Assembly: GCA_902530985.1 (NCBI GenBank)
Contig: CACACI010000001.1
Coordinates: 3,979-67,978, forward strand
Length of the DNA stretch: 64,000 bases
Origin: an uncultured Alphaproteobacteria bacterium
Lineage (GTDB): Bacteria > Pseudomonadota > Alphaproteobacteria > Methylaequorales > Methylaequoraceae
Direction of reading: 5' to 3'
Shown here: piece by piece, positions 60,486-64,000 of the stretch
Position numbering within the stretch: position 1 is the first letter of the stretch
How the letters are laid out: every line of letters starts with the position of its first letter
Made by a program: the position numbers and the translations under genes
Notes under the pieces: model-generated
Database searches by the model: none
Told to the model about the DNA's origin: nothing
What the model saw: the letters and a program-made list of their open reading frames with translations, nothing else

Positions 60486-62348
60486 TTACTGACATGACAA
60501 GCATTCTTCATAATCAGTTTTTTCGTCTACAATGTTTTTCTGCGGCCATTGTTTTGTGTTGTCAGCTTCAACTCCAGCATAACTTGCTCTTTGAATAGAT
60601 TTTGATCTACAATAATATAGACTCTTTATACCAAGCTCCCAAGCCTTCCAATGAAGCATCATTAAATCCCATTTATCTATATCTGCGGATAAATATAAAT
60701 TTATTGATTGGCTCTGACAAATAAAAGGAGTTCTGTCTGCTGCCATTTCAACTATCCATCTTTGATCAATTTCAAATGCCGTTTTATAAACAGCCTTTTC
60801 ATTTTCATCAAGTTCTTTGATGTGAGATATAGAACCATCATTTTCAAGTATACTTTGCCAAACTTCATCATTATTAAGCCCTTTAGAATCAAGTAAAGCT
60901 TCAAGATATTTATTCTTTACAGTAAATGAACCTGACAAAGTTTTGTGAGTATAAATATTAGCTGGGATTGGTTCTACACAGGCGCTTGTACCACCACATA
61001 TTATACTTATCGAAGCTGTAGGAGCTATAGCTAATTTATGACTAAATCTTGCCTTTACACCTAACTCATTAGCATCTGGGCAAGCTCCTTTCTCCATAGC
61101 TAAAATTAACGATGCTTTATCTGCTTCTTTTTTCAAATGCCTAAAAAATTTAGCATTCCAACTTTTTGCAACAGCACTTTCAAATGAAACACCCTTTTTT
61201 TGTAAAAAACTGTGAAATCCCATTGCTCCTAGGCCTACAGATCTCTCCATTTTTGCAGAATATACAGCATTTTTCATAGATTCTGGAGCTTTTTCTATAA
61301 AGTCCTCTAAAACATTATCTAAAAATCTCATTATATCTTCTATAAACTGTGGCTCACTGGACCATTCATCCCATTTTTCAAGGTTAACGGAAGACAAACA
61401 ACAAACAGCCGTTCTGTCTTTACCGTGATGGTCTAAACCTGTATGAAGCATAATTTCACTGCAAAGATTAGATGTTTTAACTTGCATCCCGTGTTTTTTT
61501 TGATGCTTAGCCATATTTTTATTAACTGTATCCATAAAAACTAGGTAAGGTTCACCAGTTTGCATTCTTGTTTCTAAAATTTTCTGCCAAAGTTCTCGTG
61601 CATTAACTTTTCTTAATGTTTCATTAGTTTTTGGACTTCTTAAACAAAACTCCTTGTTATGCTTAACGCACTCCATAAATTCATCAGTAATATTGATGCC
61701 GTGGTGAAGATTTAAACTTTTTCTGTTAAAATCACCAGATGGTTTTCTAATCTCTAAAAACTCTTCGATTTCTGGATGATGAATATCAAGATAGCATGCT
61801 GCAGAACCTCGTCTGAGTGAACCTTGAGAAATCGCCAAAGTCAGAGAATCCATCACTCTAACGAAAGGAATTATTCCTGAAGTTTGTCCAGACTTTTTAA
61901 CTGTCTCGCCAATTGACCTAACCTCACCCCAATATGTTCCAATTCCTCCACCATTTGATGCAAGCCATACATTTTCGCCCCAAGTTGTCAGAATACCATC
62001 AAGACTATCATGTACCGTATTTAGAAAACAAGAAATTGGCAAACCTCTTTTTGCACCTCCGTTGGACAATATTGGTGTTGCAGGCATAAACCATAACTTA
62101 GAAATGTATTCATAAATTCTTTGAGCATGAGAATCATTATCACTATATGACTCTGCTACTCTCATAAACATATCTTGAAACTTTTCATCTGGAAGCACAT
62201 ACCTATCAATAAGAGTGGATTTTCCAAAATCTGTTAGAAACCTATCTCTAGAATAGTCAACTTTTGGACCTGATTTATTTTCTTTTAGATTTTTTTCTTC
62301 TAACTTTTCATCTGCTAGATTGAGAACATTTACATTTAATTGTTTCAT
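60486..62348 (-). CDS. nrdA: Ribonucleoside-diphosphate reductase alpha subunit (class I, no ATP cone)
   Basis: 620 aa with catalytic Cys and Asn-x-Cys-x-Glu motifs (NLCSEI) and a C-terminal CLSCQ pair. Confidence 0.9.
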   Translation of the reverse strand: MKQLNVNVLNLADEKLEEKNLKENKSGPKVDYSRDRFLTDFGKSTLIDRYVLPDEKFQDMFMRVAESYSDNDSHAQRIYEYISKLWFMPATPILSNGGAKRGLPISCFLNTVHDSLDGILTTWGENVWLASNGGGIGTYWGEVRSIGETVKKSGQTSGIIPFVRVMDSLTLAISQGSLRRGSAACYLDIHHPEIEEFLEIRKPSGDFNRKSLNLHHGINITDEFMECVKHNKEFCLRSPKTNETLRKVNARELWQKILETRMQTGEPYLVFMDTVNKNMAKHQKKHGMQVKTSNLCSEIMLHTGLDHHGKDRTAVCCLSSVNLEKWDEWSSEPQFIEDIMRFLDNVLEDFIEKAPESMKNAVYSAKMERSVGLGAMGFHSFLQKKGVSFESAVAKSWNAKFFRHLKKEADKASLILAMEKGACPDANELGVKARFSHKLAIAPTASISIICGGTSACVEPIPANIYTHKTLSGSFTVKNKYLEALLDSKGLNNDEVWQSILENDGSISHIKELDENEKAVYKTAFEIDQRWIVEMAADRTPFICQSQSINLYLSADIDKWDLMMLHWKAWELGIKSLYYCRSKSIQRASYAGVEADNTKQWPQKNIVDEKTDYEECLSCQ

Positions 62349-62442
62349 TAAAAATTTCCTACCTTAAATTTACAAACACTACATATAGTAATAAAAGTAT
62401 AAATATTGTCAACCTATAGTAGTTAAAGTTGTTATTTTTTGT

Positions 62443-62519
62443 TGGCGTGCCCGGAGAGAGTCGAACTCCCAACCTTCTGATTCGTAGTCAGATGCTCTAT
62501 CCAATTAAGCTACGGGCAC
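62443..62519 (-). tRNA. tRNA-Arg (anticodon ACG)
   Basis: Hand-folded cloverleaf: acceptor GTGCCCG/CGGGCAC, D-stem GCTT/GAGC, anticodon stem TCTGA/TCAGA with loop CTACGAA (anticodon ACG, U33, A37), T-arm GGGAG-TTCGACT-CTCTC, 3' CCA encoded. Confidence 0.85.
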
Positions 62520-62683
62520 CAATTATATGTCTATTTTAATTGAAAAAAAATTATTTATAACTCTATTTAGTAAAATACTTAATTTTAATAAAATTTTTTT
62601 TTGTTTATTTTAAGAATTTTATACGCTATAAATTATAAAATCGAACTTTTGTTAACAATATAAATAATTATTTATTACGAATC

Positions 62684-63850
62684 ATGATCAAAAAAAAATT
62701 CCATTACCTAACTCTTTTATCCGTCCTCTTTGTTTACTCTTGTACAGGCGTCCAAGAGTATGTTTTTCCATCATTATCTGATGAAGAAGTTGCAGCACCC
62801 CCAGCACTGGAAGACGTTCCTTCAGCCGTTGAAGATATAAATCAACAAGCTGCACAAGAAATACCTCCTTCACAATATGCTCCACCGCCAGCTATGAGTC
62901 CTCCTCAGGTTGTAAACGACACTGGCCCTACTGGTACATTTGTTGGAGGAAAAATTAATCAATTTCGGGCAGACCTAACGAGCATACAAAATGCCATTTC
63001 CTCTCACAATAATGATTTTCTCCGATTCAAAGATTTAGTTGATGAGCAAACATCTGTTTATCAAGGTTTATCTAGTGCAATAAGGTCAAGGCTTCAAATT
63101 GGAACAACTCCAGGCAACCCTATATTAGTTGGTCAATGGAATGATGCTCAAAGAGCTTTGGAAGATATACAAAATAATGTTAATAACTTACAAATTGTCA
63201 ATAATAGAGTCACAGCTGATGCTGCACTAATAGGTCATCTCAAAAGTGCAATTGATTCAAGTTTTTATATATCAGGTGCTATCGATGAGGATCACAATCA
63301 ACTTAAAGTTCTTAAAGATGATGTTCAAAGAACCTCAGTTCTATATGACCGCCTCATGACAGAACTTGAAGATAAAATATCAAGAGAAATCCAGATTTTA
63401 AATGATGAAAGACAGTATATGAAGCAACTTGCTGAAGATGTTGAGGTTGGAAAATTTGGAGGTAGAGTTAGCACCCCTCCAACTAAATCAAGCTCCTCTG
63501 GAGAAATACAACAATCTGACTCTGACATGCCTAAACAAATAAAAGTTGCTCCAATTAATTATGATAATGCTATTTTAGTTATTAAATTTGACGATTCAAA
63601 TTTTGATTATTCTACAGCATTATTTGAATCAATATCCGGTGCATTAGAACAAATGCCATCCGCAGGGTTTGAGGTAGTTGCTGTGAGTCCTTCCGGAGGC
63701 TCTAGTTATGCTGACCAAGCAAGAACCAAAGCATCAGAGGTTTTCTCAAAGATAGTCGAAATGGGTGTTCCTACAGAAAGATTATCAATTGCATCCTCAA
63801 CAAGTTCAAGCGCTCAAGCTGAAGAAGTTCATATTTACCTCAAGAATTAA
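62684..63850 (+). CDS. Hypothetical lipoprotein, Pro/Gln-rich N-terminus with a coiled-coil middle
   Basis: 388 aa. Lipobox LFVYSC at the signal peptide end. No family assignable. Confidence 0.45.
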   Translation: MIKKKFHYLTLLSVLFVYSCTGVQEYVFPSLSDEEVAAPPALEDVPSAVEDINQQAAQEIPPSQYAPPPAMSPPQVVNDTGPTGTFVGGKINQFRADLTSIQNAISSHNNDFLRFKDLVDEQTSVYQGLSSAIRSRLQIGTTPGNPILVGQWNDAQRALEDIQNNVNNLQIVNNRVTADAALIGHLKSAIDSSFYISGAIDEDHNQLKVLKDDVQRTSVLYDRLMTELEDKISREIQILNDERQYMKQLAEDVEVGKFGGRVSTPPTKSSSSGEIQQSDSDMPKQIKVAPINYDNAILVIKFDDSNFDYSTALFESISGALEQMPSAGFEVVAVSPSGGSSYADQARTKASEVFSKIVEMGVPTERLSIASSTSSSAQAEEVHIYLKN

Positions 63851-64000
63851 TTAACTTCAAAATATTTCTCACCTAATAATCTAACCTTTTTTTTTATACC
63901 CATATTATCAATTAATCTTACACTATTTATCGTTACAGAAATAAAAACTCTGCAATAGCTAAAAATTTTATCAGGCTTATTTAAATTTCTTTCTTTTAAA

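Noticed and set aside
63977-64000. Seven-codon minus-strand ORF end (FKRKKFK*) at the window edge
   Set aside because: It is too short to identify and may just be the tail of a gene lying outside the window.

Overview
The window is AT-rich (roughly 30% GC) and coding-dense. It looks like a streamlined low-GC alphaproteobacterium (GroEL resembles Pelagibacterales/Rickettsiales types), but taxonomy cannot be confirmed from here. About 45 kb is a continuous set of methylotrophy and membrane-lipid modules.

- **Housekeeping and sulfur (1-6.9 kb):** groES-groEL with a perfect CIRCE operator, an assimilatory sulfate-reduction operon (cysH-cysD-cysNC) and heme A synthase.
- **Hopanoid cluster (7.9-20.4 kb):** hpnB, hpnC, dxs, hpnD, hpnE, shc, hpnG, then convergent hpnH-ispH-hpnA, then hpnM.
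- **Fhc-like operon (20.4-23.6 kb):** pcd, fhcB, fhcD and fhcC, with no fhcA.
- **H4MPT island (23.6-36.9 kb):** RFAP synthase, mtd, mch, fae, three ATP-grasp genes, CitG-like, HisA-like, DUF556, DUF447, DHPS-like, a flavoprotein, an amino-acid-kinase-like protein and FolB-like.
- **Lanthanide-type methanol dehydrogenase locus (38-43.4 kb):** a SoxYZ-like carrier, xoxF, xoxG, xoxJ and a pseudoazurin.
- **PQQ and transport (43.5-51.8 kb):** pqqEDCBA (pqqA is a 25-aa peptide gene missing from the ORF track) and a PQQ-catabolism-associated ABC transporter, beta-propeller and binding protein.
- **Remainder (51.9-63.9 kb):** metZ, apaG, trkH, argF-argD, mscS, nrdAB, tRNA-Arg(ACG) and a lipoprotein.

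No CRISPR array, transposase, integrase or phage gene was seen. The most notable observations are listed below.

- hpnC appears broken by two or three single-nucleotide frameshifts while the rest of the hpn cluster is intact.
- The Fhc-like operon lacks fhcA and is co-transcribed with a pterin-carbinolamine-dehydratase gene.
- TTCAT direct repeats with 11-bp phasing occur upstream of both xoxF and pqqA, together with an 8-bp inverted repeat upstream of xoxF.
- A C9 homopolymer sits inside the RFAP synthase gene.
- Two ATP-grasp genes have conserved N-termini encoded upstream of any canonical start codon.
- Several translationally coupled secreted proteins of unknown function sit at the edges of the xox and pqq loci.
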